Source: Nitrososphaeria archaeon
GTDB taxonomy: Archaea; Thermoproteota; Nitrososphaeria; JACIWG01
Length of the DNA stretch: 64,000 bases
Direction: 5' to 3'
Assembly: GCA_963752255.1 (NCBI GenBank)
Contig: CAVVXT010000010.1
Location: forward strand, 96,001 to 160,000
A program made the position numbers and the translations under genes. Under the pieces are notes generated by a model. It worked only from the letters and a program-made list of their open reading frames with translations. It made no database searches and was not told the origin of the DNA. Shown in pieces: positions 1 to 11,185 of the stretch (its first letter is position 1; each line of letters starts with the position of its first letter).

Positions 1-2
1 AC

Positions 3-365
3 GTGACCGAGCTTAGCTCTGCCATTTCTACGATTATACCAAGACTCTTTTACCTAAACAACAAAGAATACGAGGAAAGACTTGTAAAGCTGTTTAAGCA
101 GACTAAACACCCAAGATTTCTTGGTAGTGCGGCAATGGAATCGGCGTATGTATCAGTAGGATTAATAGATGCTTTCATAGAACTTTATCCAAGACTACGC
201 GTTGTCGATGTTGCAGCTTCACTCCATATGGCTAGGACTTCAGGTGCATACGTAAATCTTCTAAACATAGAAGGGGAACTTAACCTAAAGTATGATGGTA
301 GAGTAAGTTGTTTAATAGCAGCAAACAGTATACTTGGTCACTCTTACACTGAAATTCTGAAATAG
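3..365 (+). CDS. Inositol monophosphatase/FBPase family protein, C-terminal part (5' end truncated by window)
   Basis: RFLGSAAMESAYVSVG and RVVDVAAS match the IMPase C-terminal motifs (RxxGSAA...D-x-AA). Confidence 0.75.
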   Translation: MTELSSAISTIIPRLFYLNNKEYEERLVKLFKQTKHPRFLGSAAMESAYVSVGLIDAFIELYPRLRVVDVAASLHMARTSGAYVNLLNIEGELNLKYDGRVSCLIAANSILGHSYTEILK

Positions 366-448
366 CTTATATATTTTGACTTGCAACGTTCCCGTTTTAA
401 TATGATAATAATTATATACTTTATTTCCTGAACTTGTAGTGACTTCTT

Positions 449-1225
449 ATGCAAGAGTTTGTTACAGGAAGATTAAAGAAGATTCTGAGAGAAAACAAGA
501 TTTCAGTTGGGATGTGGATTACGCTTCCATGCATAGATGTGCCGGAAGCCCTGTCCAGGCTCGGCTTCGACTGGTTCGTCTTCGACACCGAGCACGCTCC
601 AACAAGCATAGAGACCGTGCAGAGGCTGCTGCCAGCACTAAACGGAAGCAACACTTCAGCAATCATCAGAGTCGCATGGAACGATATAGTCATGATAAAG
701 CGTGCACTAGACGTAGGGCCAGAAGGCATCCTAGTCCCGTGGGTAAACAACAGAGACGACGCCATAAAAGCTGTCAAAGCCAGTAGGTATCCACCACTTG
801 GCATCAGGGGAGTTGGCCCAAGAAGAGCCGCGGCCTACGGCCTAGACCCCTCATACTATAAAAGAGCAAACAACGAAGTCGCCCTGATCGTCCAGATAGA
901 AACACAGGAAGCAGTAGACAATGTTAACGAGATACTCTCAGTGGATGGTATAGATTCATTCTTCATAGGGCCACAGGACCTTTCATTCTCTTTGCAGGTG
1001 CCGCACGACTACGAAAGCCCCAGATTCAGGGCAGCCATTGAGAAGGTTCTTGAGGCGGGAAGGAAAGCAGGTAAACCTGCCGGCATATACACGTCAGACG
1101 CGCAAGAATCCATAAACTACATGAAGAAAGGTTTCAGGTTCCTTACTCTTTCTTCAGACATAAAAAATTTGGTTAGTCAGTGCAAAAAAGAGTTAGAAAT
1201 TGTTAGAACAGAAGTCTCAAAGTGA
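449..1225 (+). CDS. HpcH/HpaI class II pyruvate aldolase family
   Basis: DTEHAP, RYPPLGIRG, QIET and FIGPQDLS motifs. Confidence 0.9.
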   Translation: MQEFVTGRLKKILRENKISVGMWITLPCIDVPEALSRLGFDWFVFDTEHAPTSIETVQRLLPALNGSNTSAIIRVAWNDIVMIKRALDVGPEGILVPWVNNRDDAIKAVKASRYPPLGIRGVGPRRAAAYGLDPSYYKRANNEVALIVQIETQEAVDNVNEILSVDGIDSFFIGPQDLSFSLQVPHDYESPRFRAAIEKVLEAGRKAGKPAGIYTSDAQESINYMKKGFRFLTLSSDIKNLVSQCKKELEIVRTEVSK

Positions 1226-1883
1226 ACTCTTTAGTCTATAGGGGAATATTGCAAATACGGAAATCTTTTAATTAAAAGACTGTAGTAATAAAAAATCTAC
1301 TTTTCTAATAAATTGTCACAAATTTGTACAGTATTGTTTATTATTTAACGCGATATTCTGCCTGCTATAGTAGTAGTTCTCAAAGTTATAGAAATAAATG
1401 AGATTCGGCTAGAAGAACTAGATGTCAGATAGTTTGTTGAGGATAAAGTAAAGGAGGTCCGTTACACTGTTGGTAATGATTTGGTGGTCAACGTTTTATC
1501 CAGTGGCGTCGATTCTTATCGATGTAAAGTAAGAGTTCTTAAAGGCTATGAAAGGTATAGTTGACCCAGGAGAAAAAATGGAAGTTATTGCTCAGAATAC
1601 CTTGTCAGCGGTTTCCCTTCCGCAAGTAATGCGATTGTCCTTACGCCTATTCTTCAGTTACCGACAATTACTGTTGAACTAATGTTTTTTTCCTCATGCA
1701 CCTCTGGAATTGTTTTCGGAGGCTATCTTTGCATGCAGGTGTTTAAAGCACTTCCACAGAATTTGAAGAGTATTTCCTAAATTTTATGCAATAGATCGCG
1801 TAAGTCTCCGATGCAACTTTGATTCTGTTCGTTACTAGGCAAATTTTAAATAGTAAGGTCTGTGTCTCTTTGAAAGAGAATTA

Positions 1884-2384
1884 ATGGCTACAAAAGGTGA
1901 TTCCCAGTCTACTATGAAGTTTGACAAGCGTCTCCTATCACTTGACAACGCTCTTAAAGCACACAAATATCAGAAGGATTCCCTTCTGGAGGTCCTGCAT
2001 ACAGCACAGGAGTCCTACGGATTTTTAGACAAGGATATTATGGCTTATGTCGCTAAAGCGCTGAAATTGCCTGCAAGCCATGTTTTTGGGGTTGCAACAT
2101 TCTATAACTTCTTCAAGCTTAAGAAACCAGGGGCACATGTCGTTACCTTCTGTTTAGGTACCGCCTGTTATGTTAAGGGTTCAGAAGATATTTTAAAGAA
2201 AGTTGAGGCCGAATTTAACGTAAAGCGTGGAGAATCTACTGTTGACGGAAAACTTTCTGTTTTTACTACGCGCTGTATTGGCGCATGTGCGATGGCACCT
2301 AATGCCATTATAGACGAAAACGTCGAAGGTAGAGCAACTAGTGAGTCTATAATAAAAAGGATAAAAGAGGTTAAAGGAGATTGA
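1884..2384 (+). CDS. hoxE: Bidirectional hydrogenase diaphorase subunit HoxE (NuoE-like, 2Fe-2S)
   Basis: VATFYNFF, CLGTACYVKG, CIGACAMAP; first gene of a hoxEFUYH-ordered operon. Confidence 0.9.
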   Translation: MATKGDSQSTMKFDKRLLSLDNALKAHKYQKDSLLEVLHTAQESYGFLDKDIMAYVAKALKLPASHVFGVATFYNFFKLKKPGAHVVTFCLGTACYVKGSEDILKKVEAEFNVKRGESTVDGKLSVFTTRCIGACAMAPNAIIDENVEGRATSESIIKRIKEVKGD

Positions 2385-2389
2385 AATAA

Positions 2390-4052
2390 TTGAGACCTGA
2401 AGAACTTCATAAATCGGCAGAAATGGAGCATGAACTCCGTACTTCATACAAATTCAGGATCAATGTTTGCTGTTCAAGTGGATGTGCTCATTTTGGTGCT
2501 CTTAAAGTGCTTAAAGCATTTGAAGACGCCGTCAAAGAGTTCAGTGTCGATAAGATATGTAAGGTGGCTAGGACAGGCTGCATTGGAACCTGCTCCATAG
2601 GACCAGCCGTTATGATCGAACCAGGTGACTACCTATATGAGAGCATGACACCAGAAATGGCGAAAAAAATAGTTAGCGAACATATAGTAAATGGTAGACC
2701 AATCAAAGGCAATTTATACAGCAATGCCGACTTCTTCCAAAAACAGCTTAGGATAGTGTTGAGAGATGCTGGAAAAATCGATCCTCTCAGAATGGAAGAC
2801 TACATAGCTGTGGGAGGCTATTCTGCGCTTGCCAAAGCTTTAACAACCATGGAACCAGCACAGGTAATAGCGGCAGTATCTGCCAGTGGCTTGAGGGGTC
2901 GTGGCGGTGCAGGTTTTCTTACAGGTCAAAAGTGGAACTTTGTTGCTAAGTCTTCAACGACCCCAAAATATATTGTAGCAAACTTAGATGAAGGAGACCC
3001 AGGTGTATTCGCTAACCGCACACTTGCCGAAGCGGATCCACATTCAATTCTTGAAGGAATGGCCATCGCCGCATACGCTATTGGATCTGAACAAGGTTAC
3101 ATCTACATCCGTAGTGAATACCCTCTAAGGGGTCCAGACATTGAAAAAGGCTGTTGAGCAAGCTAAGACGCAAAGCTTTTTGGGAGAGAAGGTTCTCGGC
3201 ACAGATTTCAGATTCAATGTTGAACTCAGATTAGGTGCCGGTGCATTCGTTGCAGGCGAAGAAACCGCTATTCTTGCTTCCATCGAAGGGCGTAGAGCTA
3301 TGCCACGCCCCCGACCACCTTACCCGGCTGTTTCAGGCCTTTGGGGAAAGCCGACATTAATTAACAACGTAGAAACATTAGCCAACGTCCCATTAATTAT
3401 ATTAAATGGTAGTGCGTGGTTCTCTAAGATAGGTTCACCAGGCTGCAGTGGAACCAAATGTTTCTCTTTAACGGGCAAGATTAATAATCCTGGATTAATA
3501 GAAGTTCCGATGGGTACAACATTGGGAGAAGTAGTTTACGACATAGGTGGAGGTGTTCCGGAAGGTAGGAGGTTTAAGGCTGTGTTGGTTGGAGGCCCTT
3601 CAGGGGGATGTCTTCCCGAAGATAAACTTAACCTGCCGATAGATTATGAAAGTCTCACTAAGGCTGGAGCCATTATGGGATCTGGTGGAATTGTTGTGCT
3701 AGATGACAAATCCTGCATGGTGGATACGGCACATTTCTTCACAGACTTTTGTGTTGACGAATCATGTGGAAAATGTGTGCCTTGTAGAGTAGGACTCACA
3801 AAAGCTAGAGGAATTCTAGCCGGGATTATGGGAGGTGAAGGAAGAACAGAGGACTTAGAAAAGCTTGAAAAACTGATGTATCTGGCCAGGGATGTAAGTC
3901 TATGCGGTTTAGGACAGACCGCTGCAAACCCGATTTTGACGACTATCAACTATTTCAAAGACGAATACCTAAAACACATAGTTGAGAAGAAATGCCCTGC
4001 AGGAAGCTCGAACTGTTTTAATAAACAAGGTAAGGGGATGAATACTAAATGA
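2390..4052 (+). CDS. hoxF: HoxF (NuoF-like FMN/NAD-binding subunit); one frameshift near 3130-3150
   Basis: ORFs 2390..3157 and 3141..4052 join: N-terminal 2Fe-2S domain, GLRGRGGAGF, DEGDPG, GEETA, ESCGKCVPCR, SLCGLG. Confidence 0.9.
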
Positions 4053-4753
4053 GTTTTCCCAGTGTTAAGCTAACGATCGATGAAAGGGAATTAGTTGTCC
4101 AACCAAACACCACGATACTTACAGCTGCGACCGATAACGGCATCTATATTCCAACTTTATGCTATTTGGAGGGTTTAACTAGCCTTGGGGGCTGCCGTCT
4201 ATGTGTCGTTGAAGTGAAGGGTTCACCCAAGCTTTTTCCATCTTGCTCTACTCTGGTCAGTAACGGCATGGAGGTTGCGACGGTCTCAGAAAAACTGACT
4301 CGATATCGCAAACAACTGGTAGAGCTTTTATTGTCTGAACGAACTCACATCTGTTCAGTCTGCGTTGCAAACGGCGCCTGCGAACTTCAGGCTATGGCGA
4401 CCAAACTTGGAGTCGACTATGTTAATGTGGACCGCGAATGGACCAGATTTGAGGTAGACTCTACTCACAAACGTTTTGTACTTGACAGCAACAGGTGCAT
4501 TCTATGCACTCGCTGCGTAAGAGTTTGTGATGAAATAGAAGGTGTACACACTATAGACCTGAAGCATAGAGGTATTTACTCCCAGATAATCATGGACCTA
4601 GACGAGCCCTGGGGATCTTCTTCCTCCTGTACCTCTTGCAGCAAGTGCTCTGCAGTCTGTCCTGTTGGATCAATCTATGTAAAGAATAAACCACTTTCTG
4701 AAACAAAGAATCCTGAACTTCCAAAATTTATTATAGACAGGAGGCGCAGGTGA
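4049..4753 (+). CDS. hoxU: HoxU (NuoG-N-like Fe-S subunit)
   Basis: IPTLC, GGCRLCVVE, HICSVCVANGACEL, CILCTRCVRVC, CTSCSKCSAVCP. Confidence 0.9.
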   Translation: MSFPSVKLTIDERELVVQPNTTILTAATDNGIYIPTLCYLEGLTSLGGCRLCVVEVKGSPKLFPSCSTLVSNGMEVATVSEKLTRYRKQLVELLLSERTHICSVCVANGACELQAMATKLGVDYVNVDREWTRFEVDSTHKRFVLDSNRCILCTRCVRVCDEIEGVHTIDLKHRGIYSQIIMDLDEPWGSSSSCTSCSKCSAVCPVGSIYVKNKPLSETKNPELPKFIIDRRRR

Positions 4754-4759
4754 GAGGAA

Positions 4760-5293
4760 ATGGTGAGGGTGAAAGTTGCTACGGTCTGGCTAAGTGGGTG
4801 CTCGGGATGCCACATGTCGTTCCTCGACCAAGACGAGAGGCTCATAGACTTAGCAGAAAAGATGGAACTGGTCTACAGCCCGATTGTTGACAAAAAGGAA
4901 TTCCCTGATGGCACCGACATTACACTAATAGAGGGTGCCGTGGCCAACGTGGAACAGCTAGAGTTGCTAAAGTTTGTCAGAAATCGCACCAAAATACTTG
5001 TATCCCTAGGCGATTGTGCAGTAACAGGAAACGTTACAGCTCTAAGGAACTGTTTCAGTGACAGTGCGAATTCTGTCCTCAAAAGGGAATTCATCGAAAA
5101 CACCGATGTTCAACCTCAGATACCGACAGGAGTTCCTGCACTTCTTGAACACGTTCTTTCACTGCATGAAGCTGTTAAGGTTGACTTCTTTATTCCAGGA
5201 TGCCCCCCACACGCTGACCTCATAAATTATGTCCTGTCAGAGCTTTTAGCAGGTAAAGTGCCTACAATGGCAGACAAATTCAAGTATGGTTAG
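4760..5293 (+). CDS. hoxY: [NiFe]-hydrogenase small subunit HoxY
   Basis: WLSGCSGCHMS, GDCAVTGNV, PGCPP; short (177 aa), single-cluster type. Confidence 0.9.
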   Translation: MVRVKVATVWLSGCSGCHMSFLDQDERLIDLAEKMELVYSPIVDKKEFPDGTDITLIEGAVANVEQLELLKFVRNRTKILVSLGDCAVTGNVTALRNCFSDSANSVLKREFIENTDVQPQIPTGVPALLEHVLSLHEAVKVDFFIPGCPPHADLINYVLSELLAGKVPTMADKFKYG

Positions 5294-5308
5294 AAAGGTG
5301 AAAAAAAT

Positions 5309-6735
5309 ATGGCTGAGAAAATTGTAATCAATCCTGTAACAAGGATAGAAGGCCACGCAAAGGTGTCTATATTCCTTAAAGAAGACGGAAAAGTACAGGA
5401 AGCTAGGTTCGAAATAGTGGACTTCAGAGGCTTCGAAAAGTTCACTGAAGGCCGCCCTTTTTACGAAATGCCGAGCATAACTTCGAGGGCGTGCGGAATA
5501 TGTCCTGTAAGTCACCTTTTAGCTTCAGCGAAGGCATGCGACCAGATAGCTTCTGTAAAGATAACCAAAACTGCAGAGAATCTGCGTCGTTTAATGCATA
5601 ACGGACAAATGATTCAATCACATGCTTTAAGCTTCTTCTATCTTTCATCACCAGATTTATTGCTGGGCTTAGATTCTGACCCAGCTAAAAGAAACATCTT
5701 TGGTCTAATAGAAAAATACCCAGAAATTGCGAAACAAGGGATTAAACTTAGGAAGTTTGGTCAACAGATCATCGAATTTTTGAGCGGCAAAAGAATACAT
5801 TCCAGCGACTGGATCGTACCCGGAGGTGTAAAATATCCGTTTACAAAAGAGAAGCGAAATAGGCTGCAGGCTGATCTTCCAGGAGCCTTAGACATAGCGA
5901 CTAAAACGCTAGAAACATTCAAGAAAAGCCTTCCAGAATACGAAGATGAAACAGCAGACTTCGGTAACTTCCCAACCTACTATCTGAGCCTTATAACCCA
6001 AGACGGTGGACTCGAGCATTACGATGGGGAAATAAGGATTAAGGATCCCAATGGTAGGATTATCGGAGACAGACTAGATCCGACCAAGTACCTCGAATAC
6101 ATCGGAGAAGCCTGCGAACCGTGGTCTTATATGAAATTTCCATATTATAAGCCTCTAGGATATCCGGACGGAATATATAGGGTTGGCCCGCTCGTAGATT
6201 AAATGTTTCTGCAAAATGCGGAACCCCTATCGCAGATGATGAGCTTAAGGAATTCAAAAAACTTGGCAGAAACGGCATAGTTGAAAGTACTTTCATGTAT
6301 CATTACGCGCGTTTGATCGAAATAATTTTCTGTGTTGAGAGGACCAAACAAATGCTTGATGACCCAGACATTCTCAAAGAGAACATTTGGGTTAAATCTG
6401 ATGCTAACCAGAATGAAGGTGTAGGTGTTGCTGAAGCTCCCAGAGGAACCTTGTTTCACCACTACAAAGTTGACGATTTAGGTCGGATAACTTGGGTGAA
6501 TATGATCATTGCAACGGAGAACAACAACTTAGCATACAACAAGGCAGTGACACAAGTAGCAAAGAAGTATGTAGTAAGTTCAAAGCTTGAAGAAGGAATG
6601 TTGAACAGGGTTGAAGCTGTTATACGAGCATTTGACCCCTGTCTAAGCTGTGCAACACACGCTTGGGGTGAGATGCCTTTGTCCATCAGTCTTTACAGTT
6701 CAAAGGGAAAATTGTTAGATAATATTACTCGATAA
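5309..6735 (+). CDS. hoxH: [NiFe]-hydrogenase large subunit HoxH (group 3d type); one frameshift near 6195
   Basis: TRIEGH, L1 SRACGICPVSH, EAPRG, L2 DPCLSCATH plus a C-terminal extension; adding one C at ctcg(c)taga restores VGPLARLNV. Confidence 0.9.
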
Positions 6736-6864
6736 AAATGAATTATATTCTTCTAAATGGCTTGTTCATTAAAGAGAATGTTAACTTTTAGCATGGTATT
6801 AGTCATATTCACTTAAATTCTGTTTAAAGAAATTGCAGATGTTCCAAAGCTCTTCAATGTTCAA

Positions 6865-7559
6865 TTAAGTGACTTCAGGGTACGGTGTGATCACTATCTC
6901 ATCCTGCTTCATAATTGTGTATTGATAGAATTTCATATCATGGTTTGTCCCTCTAATTTTTACAACCATCATTCTTCTTTTTAGCTCTCCTTTAACTGGG
7001 AGGTTTCAAGTAATATTATTCCATCGGCTATGAATTCCTCGACACAGGATCCGATACCTTTCTCACCCCAAGGTTTTTCCGATATTAAAAATGTTGTACA
7101 ATCGATCTTTCTGAGTAACTTCTGGATTACGGAAATTGTTGTCCTAACCTCTTGCTTTTCACTGGAAGCTAAAGTTAGAGCAGTTATAGAGTCTATCACC
7201 ATTCTTTTCGCACCGAAAAATCTAGCCTCTTCAAGTATGGTATCTATTGCTGATTGTAAGCCGACTTTGCTCATTGCGACAAAATCGAGTATTTTAATCA
7301 TTCCTTCTTTCTCTAGACGATCAAGATCCCAACCCAACGAAAACATAAACTGTTTTAACGTGTTAGAACTTTCATTAAATGTTATAATCAACCCCTTGTC
7401 GGAGTATTAGGTAGCTCCGTTGAGAAGGAACTGTATCGAAAGTATCGTCTTACCGCTTCTTGGTCCACCGGTAATCAATTGACAGAATCCTTTGGAATTC
7501 CTCCTCCCAGAATATTATCTAACTCTGATATCCCCGTCTGTATTTTTTTCTAAAGCCAT
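6865..7559 (-). CDS. KaiC-like RecA-superfamily ATPase, single domain; several frameshifts
   Basis: Reconstructed across frames: TGISELDNILGGGIP, Walker A GGPRSGKT, RMVIDSIT, EEFIADGIILL; ends TPYPEVT*. Confidence 0.75.
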
Positions 7560-7564
7560 TTCAG

Positions 7565-8218
7565 TCACCTAAAAATTTCGAAAACAAACCTTTGAGAATT
7601 TTCTGTTGTCTTATCATCCTCCAACCTTTTTACTGAAACCCTCTTACCTGAAATCTCTTCTAATCCGCCACAAAATATCCCTCTCAATACGTTTTCAGTC
7701 ATCTGATTCTTGAACAGAGTCTTCGAAATCGTAACGTTGCCAACACCTTTCTCGTAGTCAATCTGATTAAATACTATTTCTCCCCATCCTCTTGACTGAA
7801 AGACCTGCCCAAAGTTAAGAATTAATTCGTTCAAAGATTTAATGGAAACGACTAGATGCCTTACATAACATCTACCAATCGACTGACCTATGTTAAAAAG
7901 GATCACTGAGCCGGCAACACCAAAGATGTCTTTTATTGAGTACGCTATACTATCCCATTCTGTCGCATTTGTTTCTATAATATCCTCCGCAGCTATTTTT
8001 GGAGCGACTTTAACTAGACCGTTTTTAACTAGCTCTTTGTTAACGTCAACCCTATAACCCTTTATTATACCAATTTCCTCCATCCTCTTTATTCGTCTAG
8101 CTATCGTCCTGTCCGAAAGGCCGACTTTGTCGGCAATAGCTTTACAAGGTGCCCGGGTATTCTCTTGAAGTGCTTCAATGATCTTCACATCTAAGGTATC
8201 GACATTTAGCGCGCTCAT
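7565..8218 (-). CDS. Lrp/AsnC-type HTH fused to a V4R-like domain
   Basis: N-terminal DVKIIEALQENTR...IADKVGLS...RIKRMEEIGII; C-terminal FNIGQSIG, RGWG, RGIFCGGLE typical of V4R. Confidence 0.75.
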   Translation of the reverse strand: MSALNVDTLDVKIIEALQENTRAPCKAIADKVGLSDRTIARRIKRMEEIGIIKGYRVDVNKELVKNGLVKVAPKIAAEDIIETNATEWDSIAYSIKDIFGVAGSVILFNIGQSIGRCYVRHLVVSIKSLNELILNFGQVFQSRGWGEIVFNQIDYEKGVGNVTISKTLFKNQMTENVLRGIFCGGLEEISGKRVSVKRLEDDKTTENSQRFVFEIFR

Positions 8219-8738
8219 TGATTCTCTGAAAAATAACTTATCTATAAACGATATAAAAGTCTTTCTTCGAATGTGTATATGCCAACATTTGACTTATCTG
8301 AGTTCTGTTAATTTTTCTTGTATAATTTGAAAAATATTTTATTGTATTTAGCCATATAAGGTGCTAAATAGCATAAGTTCTAAAAACGACTCTAAATGAG
8401 AAAAAATAACAAATTTAAATATTATGCAAAAATTGGACATCTTTATACCTAAATTGTTACTAGAACCAACCTTGGAATAAAGCGACAATAGGTCTATTTT
8501 CTCAACTTTTATTTATTGGCTTAGACGATTTAATGGCTACTGAATATATGCTAGAATAATGATGGCAATTGGAATTTTTTTCTATAAAACTAGAAATGCA
8601 ATCTCACTTAAGATTAGGGACTTTGTTATAACGATTATAACTTTTCTTTTAGTTTTTTTATTCCATATTTCGCCAAAGAGAAAATTTAAAAGATAAAGTA
8701 AAAAATTATATTTAGTATATTATCGTAGGTACATATAC

Positions 8739-9491
8739 TTGAATCTGGACAAAGTCGTATTAGGCTGTGAAGTGAATATTCCAAAATATTGGCAAGATTC
8801 GTATCTAAACAAAAATAAAACCAGGATTCTGAGGGTTGTGTTCGAAGATAAGAAGAATGCTTATCTAATTACAGAGGAAACAATCTTTCATCCAAAATAC
8901 GGTGGCCAGCCTTCTGATAAAGGAAGGGTCTATAACGAAAAATTTGTTATAAATATTAACAAAGCTATGAAGTATAAGGGTATCGTCATCTTATATGGCA
9001 AAGTTGAGGTGGGTGAACCACAAGAAGGTGAAGTTACTGAGGAGATAGACTGGTCTACACGTTATCTTATGATGAGACGCCATACGTCTTCCCATCTATT
9101 TGATCATGCCCTAGGAGTGGTGATGGGGTCAAAGATAGAAACAATAGATTCTTGGCTTGGAGATTCATGGTACATCTCTTTCAAAGGCTCCTCGCCAGGT
9201 GAAGAATTGCTCAAGAATGCAGTTGAATTAGAAAACAAAATCATAGCGGAGGGCTATTCTGTTACGACAAGACTTGTTGATAGAAGTAAAATGTTAGAGG
9301 AGGCAAAAGACTCACCTAACTTGGCCCGTCTTCCTGAACTCGATTTCTACCGAATTGTCAAGATTAATGGCTTTGAAGACATAGCGTGCAGTGGTACTCA
9401 TTTAAGAAATATTGTAGAGATAGGTAACATCGCATATGTTAGGTCAGAAACTGTGCCAGAAGGTTTTAAAGTTTACCTTAATCTTTTGTGA
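8739..9491 (+). CDS. alaX: AlaX-type alanyl-tRNA editing protein
   Basis: FHPKYGGQPSDKG, HTSSH (HxxxH) and CSGTH (CxxxH) zinc motifs. Confidence 0.85.
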   Translation: MNLDKVVLGCEVNIPKYWQDSYLNKNKTRILRVVFEDKKNAYLITEETIFHPKYGGQPSDKGRVYNEKFVININKAMKYKGIVILYGKVEVGEPQEGEVTEEIDWSTRYLMMRRHTSSHLFDHALGVVMGSKIETIDSWLGDSWYISFKGSSPGEELLKNAVELENKIIAEGYSVTTRLVDRSKMLEEAKDSPNLARLPELDFYRIVKINGFEDIACSGTHLRNIVEIGNIAYVRSETVPEGFKVYLNLL

Positions 9492-9961
9492 TTTGCTCCC
9501 TTTGATATCTTCCCCAATATCCTACATTAGCCTTCTTCTCGCTTTTAATTAAGATAAACTGGACTATTCTTCGCACCTTTTTCTATGGATATGAAATTAT
9601 CAACTTTCAGCAAGATTCTTGAAAAACCTGTGTATCCAGAATCCCATATCGCGGCTCCTATGTGCGCACCCATCCTTACCAGAGAAGATCTTGGAAGACA
9701 GAAGCCGACTGCATCTAAGGGGACATATATTTTTTCTTTAACCTGGAATACGTATACACCTTTATCTAGTGAAAAGAGATTCTCTTTATCCGGGTTAACC
9801 TCAACATATTCAGGTAGGATAATGGAGTTTTTGAAGATTTTACCTGATCCAATGATCTTGAAGAGCTTATCTAGCGTTAAGTCAACGCCATTAGATTGAA
9901 TCTGGTCCGCCTCTGCTCCTAAAATATATTTTGCTGTATCTTCCCCTATCATAGCACTCAT
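9478..9961 (-). CDS. Trimeric dUTPase/dCTP deaminase family; frameshift near 9570
   Basis: NGVDLT, PRSSLVRMG, WDSGYTG; the shifted frame continues RIVQFIL...YWGRYQRE. Confidence 0.8.
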
Positions 9962-10079
9962 TGCGAGCACAAGATGGATTACACAACAGTATAATAAAAG
10001 GATAGTCTTTAGTAGGATGGTTTGGAGCTATAATGCGATAAATATATATTGAGCAAAGAAAACTCCTCCACCTATCGAA

Positions 10080-10198
10080 CCCGGGGTAGCTCAGCCTGGC
10101 AGAGCTTCCGGCTGTAGAAGCTTGCCCTGGCAAACCTCATTCAGCCTGTCAGGCGTACAGATACCGGAGCGTCGGGTGCTCAAATCACCCCCCCGGGA
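10080..10198 (+). tRNA. tRNA-Tyr(GTA) with a 45-nt intron at 37/38 (10118-10162)
   Basis: Acceptor CCCGGGG/CCCCGGG+A (C1:G72); D-arm GCTC/GAGC; anticodon stem TCCGG/CCGGA with GTA at 10114-10116; BHB motif CTGT-AGA / ACAG-ATA; T-stem GGGTG/CACCC. Confidence 0.93.
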
Positions 10199-10260
10199 CC
10201 TTTATTATAGAACATTACAAACAATGTGTCAAACTTGATATATCTACAAACCACTAACAT

Positions 10261-11028
10261 TTGGGAAGATCTCGTATGAAGATTTCCGTAGAAAAAATCA
10301 CCTTTCAAAGTGAAGGAAATGCGATAATAGGTCGACTTTATAGACCTGTGAAGCTCGATGTTAAAGCTCCAGGTGTCATTATATGTCATGGTTTTCCAGG
10401 TGACACAAAGAACATAGATCTTGCAGAAGAATTGGCGATGAATGGATATGTAACCATTATCTATTTCTATCAAGGCGCTTGGGGTAGCAGTGGTAAATAT
10501 AGTCTCAAAATGTTAGAGGCAAATGCTCACGATGCAATAGAATATGTACTTTCACTACCCTATGTTGATTGTAGAAGATTAGCTGTTATAGGGCATTCTA
10601 TGGGCGCCGTTCCAGTATCTAAAATTATAGGCATAGATAAAAGAATTAGAACCGCTGTCTTCCTTAGTCCAGCGGTCAACTTTAAGAAATACACTTTGTT
10701 GAGAAGCAAAAGAAAGAGTCTTAACCGCCTTTTATTAAAGGGAAAAGGAAAGCTCTCTGGACTCAACAGAAAAGATCTACAAAAGGATCTCAAATGGGTT
10801 TACAAAAATAGTAACCCTCTGGATGTAATAAAGAAAACTTCTATCCCTATTCTTGTGATAGTAGGATCTAATGACGAAATTACGCCTCCTAGAAGTTGCA
10901 AACTACTTTACTTGAGAGCAAATGAGCCTAAAGAATACAAGGAAATAGAAGGAGCTGACCATTCTTTCTCAAGACATAGATATCCTTTAATCGATTACAC
11001 ACTTATATGGATTAAGAAGTACTTATAA
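10261..11028 (+). CDS. Alpha/beta hydrolase
   Basis: HGFPG, GHSMG nucleophile elbow, GSNDEITP, GADH; true start may be the internal ATG of MKIS. Confidence 0.85.
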   Translation: MGRSRMKISVEKITFQSEGNAIIGRLYRPVKLDVKAPGVIICHGFPGDTKNIDLAEELAMNGYVTIIYFYQGAWGSSGKYSLKMLEANAHDAIEYVLSLPYVDCRRLAVIGHSMGAVPVSKIIGIDKRIRTAVFLSPAVNFKKYTLLRSKRKSLNRLLLKGKGKLSGLNRKDLQKDLKWVYKNSNPLDVIKKTSIPILVIVGSNDEITPPRSCKLLYLRANEPKEYKEIEGADHSFSRHRYPLIDYTLIWIKKYL

Positions 11029-11185
11029 AATTGATTTTAATAGTTTTAAAAATTATTTAGGGAATCTTTTGTTAAAGACTTGCTGGATGACGTGATCTTT
11101 TAAGATTCAATAAAGGATTACATTAAACGACTTCTTTGCTGGTTTAAATGTTTTCAACCAAATAAAAGATTTAAATGGGGAAATA

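Noticed and set aside
1300-1780. Possible gene between the aldolase and hoxE
   Set aside because: Only short broken frames, including a hydrophobic tail ending near 1779; no assignable product
3130-6200. Programmed frameshifting or selenocysteine recoding in hox genes
   Set aside because: Cys ligands are normal Cys codons, and similar indels occur throughout the window
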